This document shows, in pieces, positions 45,809 to 57,910 of a stretch of DNA of 64,000 nucleotides. Below the pieces are notes generated by a model that saw only the letters and a program-made list of their open reading frames with translations, searched no databases and was not told the origin of the DNA. Source of the stretch: Camelus ferus (Eukaryota); assembly GCF_009834535.1 (NCBI RefSeq), contig NC_045705.1, forward strand, positions 70,680,001-70,744,000. Reading direction: 5' to 3'. Every line of letters starts with the position of its first letter. Position 1 is the stretch's first letter. Made by a program: the position numbers and the translations under genes.

Positions 45809-48800
45809 GCTGGCAGAGACGCGCTGCTCCTACTCTGTTCCAGGGTCCTCCCGGCCCCATGGCTGCCGGGAGCCCGGCTCTGGAACGCCCCCCCATCGCC
45901 AGCCTGTCTCCAGGGGCGGCCACCGTGAGCCTCGGCCACACTTGTGCCCCTCCCGCTGCCTGGGGGGGGGGCGGGGCGCGCTGGGGGTCTCCTGGGTTTA
46001 CACACAGACCTGGGGGGCCACTTCTCCGGTCTTTGTCCTTCCCCTGAGGTCTGGCCTTGTATTTCCTTTACTGTGGGCCCCTGGGCTACCACAGAAGCGA
46101 ACTAGGGGTCCCTGCGCAGGCATCAGCTCTCACGTCCCGGGAAATAGGGGCCGGACAAGCAAGCTCTCCCAGCCCCAGGCAATGCTGAGCCTTTGGCTTC
46201 CTCCGGGACCCGGCGGCCCCTGCAGCTCCTTGGGCGTAGAACCCCTCACCACCCTTATCAAGGCCGGCCCTCCCTGGCTGGTCAGGCCGAGACTCAGCCC
46301 TAACTATGGGTCTGGGGGCCAGGCAGTGGGGTGGGGCGGATGCCGAAGGGGGCACGCATTGCCTTGCCAGGCACCTGCCTCATTCAGGCCCCTGTGTGGT
46401 CTCTGAGCAAGACATGGCCTCCACCTTCCAAAGGGGGCCTCTGTGCAGGCCTAGGGGGCTCTGCGAGCTGGGTTCAAGGCTCTCAAGTGCAAGGGTCTCG
46501 CAGCGTCTCCCCTTCCTCATGCAGACATTTGCCCAGACCTCCAGGCCCCCACAACCCAGGCCTGGGCCGGCCTTGGCCCTGCCACCCCCGCCTCTTGGTG
46601 CTGCCAGGAGGCCGTGGGACTCTCACACTTGACTTTAAATCGCAGGTCTGAGTCAGCCGCCACTCCACTGCCCTTGGATCCAGCTTTCCACGTGGTTCTC
46701 AGGTTCTGCAGACGTGGCGGCTGCTGGTGGCCCCAGCCCAGCTCTGAGCAACATGGGGTGAAGCAAAGGCACCCCTCCAGCCCACAGGGGCGGCACTCAG
46801 CCTCCAGCCCACCCTGCTAGGTCCCTCTTTGTACGGCCATTTGGACCTCAGCAGAGCCCCAGGCTTGCAGGATGCTTCCCAGAGCCTCTCTGGCCTGACT
46901 GCCCCCCGACCAAGGGAAGGGCCTGCCAGGTTCCTTGGGATCTGTGGGAGGGGGCACCCTCAGAAGAAGGGGAGGGGATGGGAAAACAGACAGCAAAGAG
47001 GGGTCTTCAGCAGGAGCGCTAGGGCACAGGTCCTCCACACAGCAGTGCTGAGGCTGCTGGTCCTTCCCCCCCAGGGTCCCTCCCTGGCCAGGCTGCCCTC
47101 CCAGTGCTTGGGAACAGTTCCCTGGAGGGGTAGCTGGGAGCAGCCAGCAGCCAGCCTCAGGAGCTGGGGAGTGGGGTGCTCCTATGAAGGGTTTCCGTGT
47201 CCCAGAAGCAACGCCAAGGGTGAGCCTGCCAGCTGGCCCGGCCGTCGGGGAGGCTGCTCTCGGTCCCTGGAGGCCCGGCCCTGTAGCTTGGAGCCCCGCG
47301 GCCCCTCCCAAGAGTGCGAGGCGGGGCCCAGCCTGGCTCTGGGTCCCAGCCCGGGCGGCGGGCAGGGGCGTGTGCGTCTGCACGTCTGTCCGTGGGTCTC
47401 CCTGTCCCGGCAGGCCGGACTCCAGGCACGCTCACTGCCTGGGGCTTTGAAGTGCGCGGTGTCTGTCTGAACCTGCCCGCCTGGGTGGACGCGCTGAGGA
47501 CGTGTGCCTGGGCGTCGATGTGGCTGTCGCTGCCGGCGGGCGGCTCGGCCAGAGGGTGGGTCCCTGTGGGTGTGGCTGCAGGTGTGGGCACGTGTCTCTA
47601 TGAGCTGTGTGCCTGCCTGTGCCTGCAGGTGCCTGGCGCCCCCGGGAGCTGGGTGCGGGGACCCGGGAACAGGGACTGGCAGTGCCCGGTCACTGTCTCC
47701 CAGTGGGTCACTCTGGGTGTGAGAGTGGGTGTAAAACACACAGACACCCCCCTCACCCCCCCCACACGTCCTGTCTCTGCTTGTTAGGGGCTTGGAAGGA
47801 AACAGTAAGGAGGGGGCGAGAAGGGAGGAAAGGGGAGGGGAAGGGAGGGAAGGAGCAGCTCAAAATCCCCCCCAATCCCAGGAGGCCCTGCAGCAGCGCT
47901 GCCTGCCCAGAGGTCCCCGGGGGCTGTCCGCCACTGGGCCTGACCCGGCGGGGTCCGGGCAAAGCCAATCCAGGAGCCTCGCAGGCTCAGACAGATGCCT
48001 GGCTGTCACCTTTCCCTCCGGCAAGTCCCTGGCCCTCCGGTGTTGTCATCGGTGAATGGGAGCCATGGGGCTGCCACTCCAAAAGATTTCATGTGGGGAG
48101 GCTCCCCCTGCCCAGTCCTCCTCCAGGGAGGTGACCAGAGAGCCACCGAGTCCAGTCGTGTCCAGCCAACCAGCTGATTGACTGAGCCCCTGCCGTCCGC
48201 ACTGAACGCAGTAGTAGGTCAGAGAGCAGGGCTCGTGGCCCCAGGCGGGAGACGGACCTCGGGAAAGCAACCCAGGAACAGGTGGAAGGCTTGGGTTCGC
48301 GCCCGCTCGGGGGATGGAGGGGCCGGGACTCCGCCCAGGTGCTGCCTCCTGCGTCGGGGCCCGTCCCAAGGGTGCGGGTCTGGGCCTGAGGCTTCTGCGC
48401 CCCAAGCAGGTAGCACTGCCCCAGACGTCTCCTGCGTCGAATTCTCCCTGAGCGGGGTTCGCACACCCACGTCTACCCCGAAAGTCCAGCCGAAGGTCAG
48501 TGCGCTTCTGGAAGTTAACCCGACCAGAGCTTGCTCCTGGGAGCCCCTCCCCACGCACAGACAAAGGCCCTCAGCCTTTAGCTCCGTGAACACCCGCACA
48601 TTTACTGACTTCCTCCCCGTCAGGAGGGAGGGCTCACAGTCCCCAGGACTTGGTCCATCTCCTCCCTGCCGCCCCCAGTGCCTGAGCAGCGCCTGGCAGT
48701 TGTGTGAACTCCGGGTGAGGACCAGGGCGCGTGGCTGGCTGGGCGGCCTGGAAGGCTCCCCGAGGGAGCGGTGCTGGAGAAGGTACCCCGGGCAGGGCAG

Positions 48801-49639
48801 CATGTGCCAGGGCCCTGTGGCTTCTCAGGGATGTCCCGCAGAGAGAGGGGCTGGGGGCTGCCCGGGGTCTCTAAGCACAGGGAAGTTAGCAGAGGTTACT
48901 GAGATCTCCTGGAGGAGGATGAGGTGGGCGAGAGGGAGAGTGAGGAGAGACCACAGCAGGTGCCACGGACCCCCGATGATGGGCTGCGGCTGCAATCGGG
49001 CAAAATCCACAGAAGCCCCCGATAGAATGTAGGGTGAGAAAGGGGGGCGCTGCTGGTGGGGCAGGTGGGAAGCAGGGGCCTGGGGCCTGGGGCCTGGAGT
49101 CGTGGAATTGAGAAGGAGGGCTGGTCGTAGGGGTGCCCCCACCCTGGGGCGCTGAGCCTGCCTTTCTGTCTTTCATGTGAGAGGGGCAGTCAGAGGACAG
49201 CTCGCTCCTGTGAGTGGGATCCAGGAGACAGGAGAGAATGGCCATGGTCAGGGACCACGACTGGAAGGTGAGGGGATGTGGCACCGGGACCCCACTGAGG
49301 GGCGGCCCCCGGGGCCCTACCAGCCCTCGGCCAGGTGGGAGAACCTGGGGAGGGGCAGCTGGGGGCAGGAGAAATCTGGGGTAGGCCCCAGATCACCCGT
49401 TTGGGCTAAAACAACTGGTCACTGGGCCCCTGGCAAGAGCATTGGAGGCAGTGGGGCACAGTGAGGTGACAGGAGGGGAGGGAGCGGGGGACCCTCCTTC
49501 TTTCAAGACGGTCCAGGTGAAGAGGTTGACGGGGGTTGTTGGGGCGGCCTTCAGGGAAAGGGGGGTCTTTCCGATGGGAGAGAACTGAACGTGTCCAAAA
49601 ACCCTGGGAAGAAATAGTGTGTTCAGGAAAAGACACGCA

Positions 49640-50535
49640 GTCACTGGTAAGAGTGGCCCAGCTGAGGAGGCCACTTCCAACCCTGTGACATTCTGGAAAA
49701 TGCAAGACTATGCAGACAGTAAAAGATCAGGGGTGGGGGATAGGTGAAAGGGGGAGCACAGGGGACTTTAAGGAAACACTCCATGTCATGACAGTCTGGA
49801 TACTTGTCCTTACATGTTTGTCCAAACCTACAGAATGGACAACTGAGAGCGAGCCTTAGTGTAAATGGTGAACTTCAGAAGTTGACATGTTGTAACTGGC
49901 TATACTTCAATTTAAAAAATTAAACAGAAAGAGAGATGCACAGGAAAAAAAAGTTAGTATGAATACACAAAATGTGGTCCATCCATACAGTGGAATATTA
50001 TTCAGCCATAAAAAAGGACATTCGGACACAGGCTACCATGTGGATGAAACCTGGGGATGTGATGCTCAGTGAAATAAGCCAGAAGGACGAATCCTGTCTG
50101 ATGCCACTCATACAAGGTCCCTAGAGGAGTCAGGCTCATACAGACAGAAAGTAGGACAGTGGGGGCCAGGGGCTGGGCTGTGGGGGTGTGGTTAGTGGAG
50201 ACAAAGTGTCAATTTGGGAAGATAAAGACGCTCTGGGGGTGGGTGGTGTGACGGTCACACAGCAATGTGAATATGCTCAGTGCTGCTGGACTATGCACTT
50301 AAAAATGGTTAAGATAGTAAGTTCTATGTTTTGTATATTTTACCACAATAAAAAAGTATATATCACTATTGGTTCATCAGTTGTAGCAAATATACCACAA
50401 GGATGCAAAATGCTGATAATGGGGAAACGGGATGAGGGTGGGATGCAGGAACTCTGAACTTTGCGCTCAGTTTTCTGTAAACCTAAAACTGCTCTTTAAA
50501 AAAAAGGCTATTAATGAAAAAAAAAAAAAAAAAAA
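49640..50535 (+). mobile_element. L1MC-like 3' end with nested L1MB 3' end (about 49925-50355), sense, poly(A) at about 50515-50534
   Basis: aaaatgtggtccatccatacagtggaatattattcagccataaaaa...cacttaaaaatggttaagat...ttaccacaataaaaa; then ttttctgtaaacctaaaactgctct and an A tail. Confidence 0.85.
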
Positions 50536-51250
50536 CCCCTACAGACTTGGGTCTAATCGAGAGGGATTTGAAGAGTCGGGATGGAGGCGAGGTCTGTCCA
50601 GGGTGGGGTTCCCAGGTGAAGGAGGCAAGGAGAGGATGTGGGTGGGGAGGCAGCCCCACCAGGAGCATCTGTGTGGCCAGAGGCAGGTCACAGCAAGGCA
50701 GGGGCACCAGGTGAGCACCCAGCCAAGGCCTGCAGCTCAGCGGGTCAGGGGGTCGGGACAGGAGAGTCGGGCGGGGCTGGCTCCTGGGGACGTGGACTGG
50801 CCACACGGTCCCCATCTCCTCTAGAACTGGGCGCTCCTCGCCGCCTGCTCGCTGCTGCATCCTGGGGACCTGCTGGTACCTGGCACATACTAGGTCTTCC
50901 ATGGAAAAGGATGAGTGAACAGGAGCAAAGGGTCTGGTGTGGAGGGGGGCCTTCCTGAGTGGGCACCAGCGACACCCACAGCTGACTTCTCCTGACTGTC
51001 CATGGAGGCCCAGCTCCACAGCTGGGGGGACCCAGGCCCACGGAGGCCAGGTCACCTGCCCACGCTCAGGGCCAGTAAGCGTAGGCAGAGCTGGGGTCCC
51101 GCCAGGCTGCCTGGCTCGCAGTCTGTGCCTCCCCCACGAGCCTCTCCAGGTTTCCTGCACTCTGGAATCCGCTGTCTGTGGGTGTCTCAGTGGGTCATTT
51201 TTTTTTTAATTGGTGTGAAAGTTACATCACATAAAATTAGCTATTTTTAA

Positions 51251-51343
51251 TTTTTATTTACTTTTAGATGGAGGTCCTGGAGATTGACCCCAGGACCTCA
51301 CACATGCTAAGCACACACTCCATCACCGAGCTCTAACCTTCCC
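51251..51343 (-). mobile_element. tRNA-Ala-derived SINE (vic-1-like)
   Basis: Reverse complement gggaaggttagagctcggtgatggagtgtgtgcttagcatgtgtgaggtcctggggtcaatctcc with a short A-rich tail. Confidence 0.85.
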
Positions 51344-51606
51344 TGCCAAATTCATAATTTTAAAGGGCGCAACTCAGCAGCATTTAGCACATTCACAATA
51401 TTGTGTAATGATCACCCATATCCAGTTTTGGGTGTTTCCATCACCTCTAAAGGAAACTGGTGCTCAGAAGCGCTCAGTCCCCATTCCAGCCCCTACACTG
51501 CCAGCCTGCCTGCTGTCCACGGGTCTCTGTTCTGGGCTGCTCGTATAAACAGAATCAGTTGGTGGTCTTTCGTGTTGGACTTCCTTCACTCAGTGTGAAG
51601 GTGTCT

Positions 51607-52145
51607 TCTTGCAGAAAAAACATGTTACAGCTCAGTTGTGATACCAACCTGGATCCAGATGACAGACCAAACAGCACTGAGAGTTGGAGAACTCAGGTTT
51701 ATTACACCAGCAAGTCCAGAAGAGTTAACACTCCAAACTCTGAACCCTGTCTGCAAATTTACACAGGCTTTTATAGGCTGCCAGTTTGCACTTTGCAACA
51801 TGATATGCAAATAAAGTACGACAAAAGTTGACTAATTAGGAACAAGCTTTGTAGAAGTGGACCAATCAGGAGGGAAAGAAATAACCAATCAGGAGTGAGG
51901 GAAATGGACCAATCAAGAGTGAGAGAAATAACCAATAAGGAGTGAGCTCCATGAAAATGAAGTACTACAAATTGACCAACCAGGAGTGAGCTCAGGGAAC
52001 CAATAGAATTTTAGGAGTAAGCAAGCTGTTTCAGAGGCAAAAAGTGAGATAGCGCCTCTGGGCCAGGGAACCGGGTGGTGCTGGCAGGAGAATAGTGGCC
52101 CTGCCTTGGGGTCCTGCCGGTTTTTTTATGGGGCTTCCCGCCTCA
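51607..52145 (-). mobile_element. Solo ERV (probably ERV1-class) LTR
   Basis: Minus strand begins TGAGGCGGG and carries TATAAAA (plus 51769-51775) and AATAAA (plus 51698-51703) in LTR order. Possible 4-bp TSD gtct/gtcc; the left boundary could instead be 51623 (tgttaca). Confidence 0.75.
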
Positions 52146-52335
52146 GTCCAGGTTCATCTGTGACATCGTGTGTGTAAGAATTTCCTCCCTCTTCAAGGCT
52201 GAATGATACGGCGTTGCGTGGCTGGCCCTCACGGTGTGTTTATCTGTTCATCCCTGGATGGACACCTGGGTTTCTTCCACCTCCCGGCTTCTGTGAACAC
52301 AGACGGACAAGTGTCTCCTGAGACCCTACTTTCCA

Positions 52336-52476
52336 AGGAGGGGGGGTGGTCTAGCTAGAGGTAGAGCACGTGCTTAGCATGCACGAGGTCCAGGGTTCAA
52401 TCCCCAGCACCTCCATTAAAAAAACAGATAAATAAACCCCTCCTCTTATCAAAAAAAAAAAGAATTAAAAGAAAAA
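52336..52476 (+). mobile_element. tRNA-Ala-derived SINE (vic-1-like) with 16-bp TSD
   Basis: gtagagcacgtgcttagcatgcacgaggtccagggttcaatccccagcacctcca plus A tail; TSD gagaccctactttcca (52320-52335) / gagaccttactttcca (52477-52492). Confidence 0.95.
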
Positions 52477-53423
52477 GAGACCTTACTTTCCATTCTCAAA
52501 ATCGCTGGGTCACATGGTGACTCTGTTTAACTTTCCAGGAACTGCCCATTTTGCACCATTTTACACTGCTGCTTGCAGCGAATGAGTGTTGCACACGTGT
52601 CCCCTTCTGTCCCCAGCACCTGGGGGTACGTAGTGAGTGGGGTCTGCCTGTCCCACTATTGGGGTGTGGGAGTGGCTGCCTTGCTGTGGCTCCAGGGTTC
52701 TGGAGGCTGGTTCCAGAAACAGGGGAGAGGCCACGTGCTCTGCCCGCTGTGTGCCTGGCGGGATGGGGGCCAGTGCGCCCAGGCCCTGCCCCGCAGCTCC
52801 CCACCCCGGCCTCAGGCAGGGGCCGTCCTCCCCAGCGTTTACCCATTAACAGGCCAGCACGGGGAGGCTGGAGACAATGGTGTGTTTGTTCCCCGAGGCC
52901 AGGGAGGCCTGCACGGGTCCCTGGCACAGTCATCAAAGCTCTGTGATTAAGTCTATTAGGGAAGAGATTTGTCCAAACACAGAGACAGGTGCAGGGCCTG
53001 GGCCAGCTGTCGGGCTGGGGGCTCCCCAAGGTGGCCATAAACTCCCTGGGCCAGCCGCCTGGCCTCCCAGGTCTGCCGTGCGCCCAGGCTGGATTGCTGG
53101 TGTCCCCAGCATGTCCTGCAAACCCTACTTCAGCTCACCCCGAGCCCTGCCTGGAACGGGCTGGCCGGCGGCGGGGCAGGGCTGGCTTCTGGCCTGCGTT
53201 CCAGCAAGGTGGAGAGCTGGTGTTTCTGCACACAGCCCCTAGGAGTGGGTCCTTTTTAAAACGAGGAGTCCTTTGGTGAAGCCAGTCCTTGCCCTATCAA
53301 AAGTATGTGCATGTTGGGGCCCTGTCCTCAAGTAGGCATCTGTCCCCCAGGGCCGGGGCTGCCTGGGCGCTTATCCTGGCCCCCGGCTCCCAGGCTGTGT
53401 GCGTCCTCCCCACTGGGCCACAG

Positions 53424-53499
53424 CTGAGCTCTGGACCTGAGTGGGCACGGGGGTCAGGGGACTGAGCTCTGGACCTGAGCGGGCACGGGGGTCAGGGGA
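53424..53499. repeat. 38-bp tandem duplication
   Basis: ctgagctctggacctgag(t/c)gggcacgggggtcagggga twice, one mismatch. Confidence 0.92.
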
Positions 53500-56400
53500 G
53501 CAGCGGGCTTGGTCGAAGCCCAGCCATGGCTGGGGTGCTGTGACCAGGGCTGGCATCTTTGGAGGGGGCACTGCTGGTGGCCTCTGCTGAAAACCAGTGC
53601 CAGTCATTGGGCCTGTGGGCCGGGCTGCCGGGGGTCTGAGGGGCCCCCAGGTGCTTTGCTGGATACCACCTCCTTGTCTGCTTCTGGAGAGTTCGCGCTG
53701 ACCTTACGGCACGCAGCCCTGTTCTGACCATGTGCAGCTGCTGGAACTGCGGACGACTGGCCGTGGGCCCGCCCTTCTGTCTTCATTTCCACCAAGGGTG
53801 GATCCTGCATCCTGCACAGACAAGTCCGGACAGACAGCCTGGCCCTCGGTGCCCAGCCACGCCCTCTTGGAAGGGCCAGTGAGGGTGGCTGGGGACCAGG
53901 CCAGGAAATGAAAGTTGGCCTGGGGTCAGGGCCCCACCCTCGGTGTGACGGGAGGGACGGCGGCTCGTGTCGAGGGGGACCCTGCCAGCTGGTGGCCCCT
54001 CTCATGCCTGCTCCCCTGCTCTTGCTCGTGGCCCACGGGTTCCTCCCCCTGTGACCACCCAGCCCAGGGGCACCCTTGTCCAGGCACAGACCGCAGCCGT
54101 CTCGGCACCCCCACCCCTGCCACAGGTGCTCTCGCGGCCCTGTCCTTGGGGTCATGAATCAGCGTCCTCATCAGGCTGTCTGGCCTAATGACCCTACACT
54201 GTCCCTCTCCCTGGGAGGCAGGTGGGTCCTTGCTGGGTCGACTGGGGAGCCCTCTGGGATCACATCCTCCCTGGAGCACCATCTTGTCTCCCCTCCCATC
54301 TGGGATCGCCTCCTCCAGGAAGCCTTCCGTGACTTCCCAGGGCCAGTGGAGACTAGGCCCCGGACTCCTCTGGAATGGACTGTAAGGCACACCATGAGCC
54401 CTGAGTGTGTGCTGGTGGCCTCGGCCAGCATCACAGGGCAAGTGTGCACACAGAGAGCCCCACCGTGGCTGACGTGCCTACTACTCTCTCAGCCTCACCT
54501 CCTCGTCATAAAATGGGCTGAATGAAGGCTTCTGCACCACCAGGAGTTTCCTGGGAGGCCTCGGCTGTGGAAGGTCTGTCTGGCCAGGACCCCTGGGTCG
54601 GGGCTGTTTCTGTTTCCTGGTGGCCCCAGGTCTTCCTGAAATGCCACCCCCCACCCCCGACACACACAGCTGCTGGCTGCACAGGTCGGTCCCTCCCCTT
54701 GAAGGCATCTCTGAGAGCAGCCCCGCGCCTGGCTTCCCTCGGGGAGAGCGAGGGATTAGGGCCAGAGATGGTGCCTTATCTTGGAAGCGATGTCGTCCCT
54801 TGTGCCCTGTTGGTTTGGGGTAAGTCCCAGGACAGGGACACAAGAGGCAGGCAGTGGGGCCCGTGGAGGCCATGACCGCTGCGAGCAGGGTCAGTCTGGG
54901 ATGTGTCCGTGGGGTCTCCAAGGGGCTGGGCAGAGACCTTGGGGACGCAGGCACCAGTGTGAGCAGAGGGCTGGGTGAGGGGAGAGCAGAGCCCGGCCAT
55001 GCCCACCCCCAGCAGATGCCCAGGGTGGGTCTGGTGCCCGGGCTGGGGGTGTTGGTTTGAGGGGCCAGGCCCAGACACCCCTCGGGCCTGCCTGCGATGT
55101 TCACCCCTCTGTTCCTGGGAAACCTCCCTTCAGGCACAGGAAGCCCCTGATTACAAACTCTGGACCCTCGAAAACCCATGGTCTTTGGGATGGGACAGAA
55201 CGGGGGAGGCCCTCAGGCTGGACAGAGCAGGTCAGACGTGGACCCGAGGTGACCCTGTGCTTGGGTCTGCACAGAGCGGTCCCTACTGTGCTGGGGACTC
55301 TGGGAGGATGTCCGAGGTTCGGGCTCCGTCCGTAGGACTTTTCAGGTCAGGGTGGCATCCAGGTGGTGAACACCTGGGCCGTGGGAGTATGCAAGGTCAG
55401 GACTTCATGCCCAACCACCATGGAGGGCAGGACTTGAAGGCCACCCTGGAGTAGCAGTGGACGGGAGGGGATGGAGGAGGGCGGCAGGAGGAGGCAGGTC
55501 CAGGCCTGCAGGCCGGTGGGGGAAGGGGAAGAGGGGGGCCAGGGATCAGACAGGGCTGAGGGCGCCCCTACCCGGCCCCACCCGAGGCCACGGGTCAAGC
55601 TCTTTCTTCCAGGCCCCGACCAGGCCTCAGCCCCTGCTCGAGCTGGGAAAGGCGTGAGGCCAGCCCTGGGGTGAGGGACAGCCACGCCCGGGGGGTCAGA
55701 GGGGGCTCTGCCTCTTCCTCCAGCACCCCAGCCCCTCCCCTCCTCCTAATCTCCTGAGTGGGGCCCCGCACCTTGGGGTGGGGTCTCCCCGATGGGCTGG
55801 GCTGCCCCTGCACCTCCCTCTGCAGACAGCCTGAGTCACGTCACCCCTGTCCAGCCCCTAGCTGGCAGCCAGCCTCCCTGTCCTGGCCCGTGGCAGCCCT
55901 GTCCGCCTCTCTCTGGATTCCCGCTATCTCTCCATTTTGGGTTGTCCAAGTCTGCCCTGCTGCCTTCTGACCTCAAAGCTCTGCCCTGCTCCTGCCTTCT
56001 CAGAGATGCTGGCTCAGGGGCTCTCTCCAGCCCCTCCCAGGCCTGCCGCTGCATCGGGGTCACCTTTCTGGAGTTTCTGGGCTCTGCTCTCCCCTCCTCT
56101 CCCTGTTGGCTGCTTCTGTCTCCACTGCCCCGGTCTTTGGGGTTTGCCCCCGACCCCGGCCTGAGCCTTGCCTCAGGCCGCTTGCCTGTCGTCCGTCCAT
56201 CTTGCTGGCTGCCTGTCTGCCGTCTGCGAGGCAGGCTGCTGGCCTCTGTCCCAGGAAGAGAGAGGACCAGGCCAAGCCAGGCCAGGAGAGAGTGCGGCCT
56301 GGTGCTGCCCCGGACGGACAGGCTGGGACACGCAGCGGCCTGGCCGCTGTGCTGCGGAGCCGGGAGCGCGCTGGCTTATTTCTGGAATGTGGGGCCAGCC

Positions 56401-56879
56401 AGGTTCAGCGCGTGGGTGGGCAGCCAGCCACCAGCTTCCTCTGGGACAGCTTCTAGGCGTGGAGAGTAACCCTCTTGCCACCCAGCTCACAACTGCCCCC
56501 CTCTGAGGTCCCCCAACTCTGGGCACCAGCACAGGCCCCCTCCCCTGATTCTCTAAACCTTCCTGCCCCAGAGAATGGTTCCCTGGCCTCCCTGGATTCT
56601 CAGGCCTCGGACACACCAGGCCTGGGGTGCTCCAGGGATGGTCCTGGGACCCTCAGAGGCACATCCCCAGAACTGAACACAGCCCCTCCAGTCAGGAGTG
56701 GATCGAGATCTGCATTCTAACGGGCTCTGCAAGCAGGTCTGAGAGCCTCTGTCCAGGGGCTGCAGAGCCCCAGTGTGGTCCTTGCATTTCGTGGGGGCCA
56801 TGGACATGGCCCTCCTCATCGCTCTCCCCCAACCCCGTGGTCTGGCCCGGTTCCTCTCCCCCCTGCTCCCTCACCTCTC

Positions 56880-57205
56880 CCCTTACTCACCCCTGTCGAC
56901 CACACATCCTGCTGCTCTGTAAGCACAGCGCACACACTCCTGCCTCAGGGCCTTTGCACGTGCTACTCCCCCTGCAGGGAAATGCCTGGAGCATTCTCAG
57001 AGAAGCTCTTACCAAAACAGCAATGCCTCACGGGCTCGGGGCTCTGTCCCCACGGCCCAGGTGGATTTCCCTCCAGTGCCAGCGGCTGACATCTCAGTAA
57101 GATACTTATTTGTTCATTGTCTGTTTCCGTCACCAGAAAGTAACGGCACAAGGGTGCCCCACACCCGGAGCAGGCTGGGCACACAGCAGATGCTCAGCAC
57201 AGCCT
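56880..57205 (+). mobile_element. LINE-2 3' remnant
   Basis: ctcctgcctcagggcctttgcacgtgct...cttatttgttcattgtctgtttcc...ggctgggcacacagcagatgctcag are L2 hallmark motifs. Confidence 0.75.
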
Positions 57206-57699
57206 GGTTCTCCTGGGATGCCCACTTGCCCTTGGGACCCAGCTGCCACTCTGGTGACGTGTGTAGCTGTGTGTAGCTGAGGTCCCAGCCAAAGCCAGCA
57301 TCACTGCCAGACCCTCGAGCGAAGAGGCCTTTGAGATGAGAGTCATTTCACTACCACCCACCTGCGCCCAGCAGAGCCCAGGGGAGAACAGCCCAGCTGA
57401 GCCCTGCAGCCTGGGCAGTGGGCGGCGGTTACTCCGTGGCCACTCCAGTTTGAAGTCCCTGGTGTCGGGCAGCAGAGAGAGCTGGATGGATCACCTCGGC
57501 CGCGGGGCCTGCCCGCCCGGGTGATGGCGGGAGAGTGTATCCCCCAGCTCTGCCACCCACCAGCCCCGTGACCCCGGGAAGGTCACCACCCCGCCCAGCC
57601 TCAGGGCTCTCGTCTGGACAGTGGGGACACTGCGCAGAGGTGTGAGAAGGAGGTGAAATGGCACAGAGCGTGGACGTGACGCGCGGGGAGCTCAGCACA

Positions 57700-57910
57700 T
57701 CACCTCAAATCCTGCACCAGGACTTGGTCATCACTACGAGAAAAGAAACGAAAATCAGGCTGTGAAGTCGTGCTTTCTTGTTGCTCAGACTTGCTTCACC
57801 CCTTTCGAAAGCTCCTTGTTGGATGGACTGAATCACGTCTATGCACACATGTAGGAAAAAAGTGTCATCAAAATGAGCTGGTGGCCGGACTCGCATCAAA
57901 GTCCACCTCT
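57700..57910. promoter_or_regulatory. AT-richer unique island with TCF/HNF4 composite site, candidate enhancer
   Basis: gcATCAAAGTCCAcc at 57895-57905 and a near-site tcATCAAAAtg at about 57867. Confidence 0.4.

Larger units (their letters stand above)
51200..52600 (-). mobile_element. L1MB-like 3' end hosting two SINEs and a solo LTR
   Basis: catttagcacattcacaatattgtg..., ttccttcactcag...ggttcatc, ctcttcaaggctgaatgat..., atcgctgggtcacatggt; the pieces resume across each insertion. Confidence 0.8.

Noticed and set aside
45114-46406. 430-aa ORF, the longest in the window
   Set aside because: Non-ATG start, and it reads straight through an MLT1B LTR (the same peptide motif appears in the 26087-26782 ORF); no protein family match.
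48481-48500. AGTCCA-n5-AGGTCA DR5-like nuclear receptor element
   Set aside because: One imperfect isolated motif without other support.
6460-52476. Five tRNA-Ala-like sequences as real tRNA genes
   Set aside because: All have degenerate acceptor stems and A-rich tails, and one has a clear TSD; they are SINEs.
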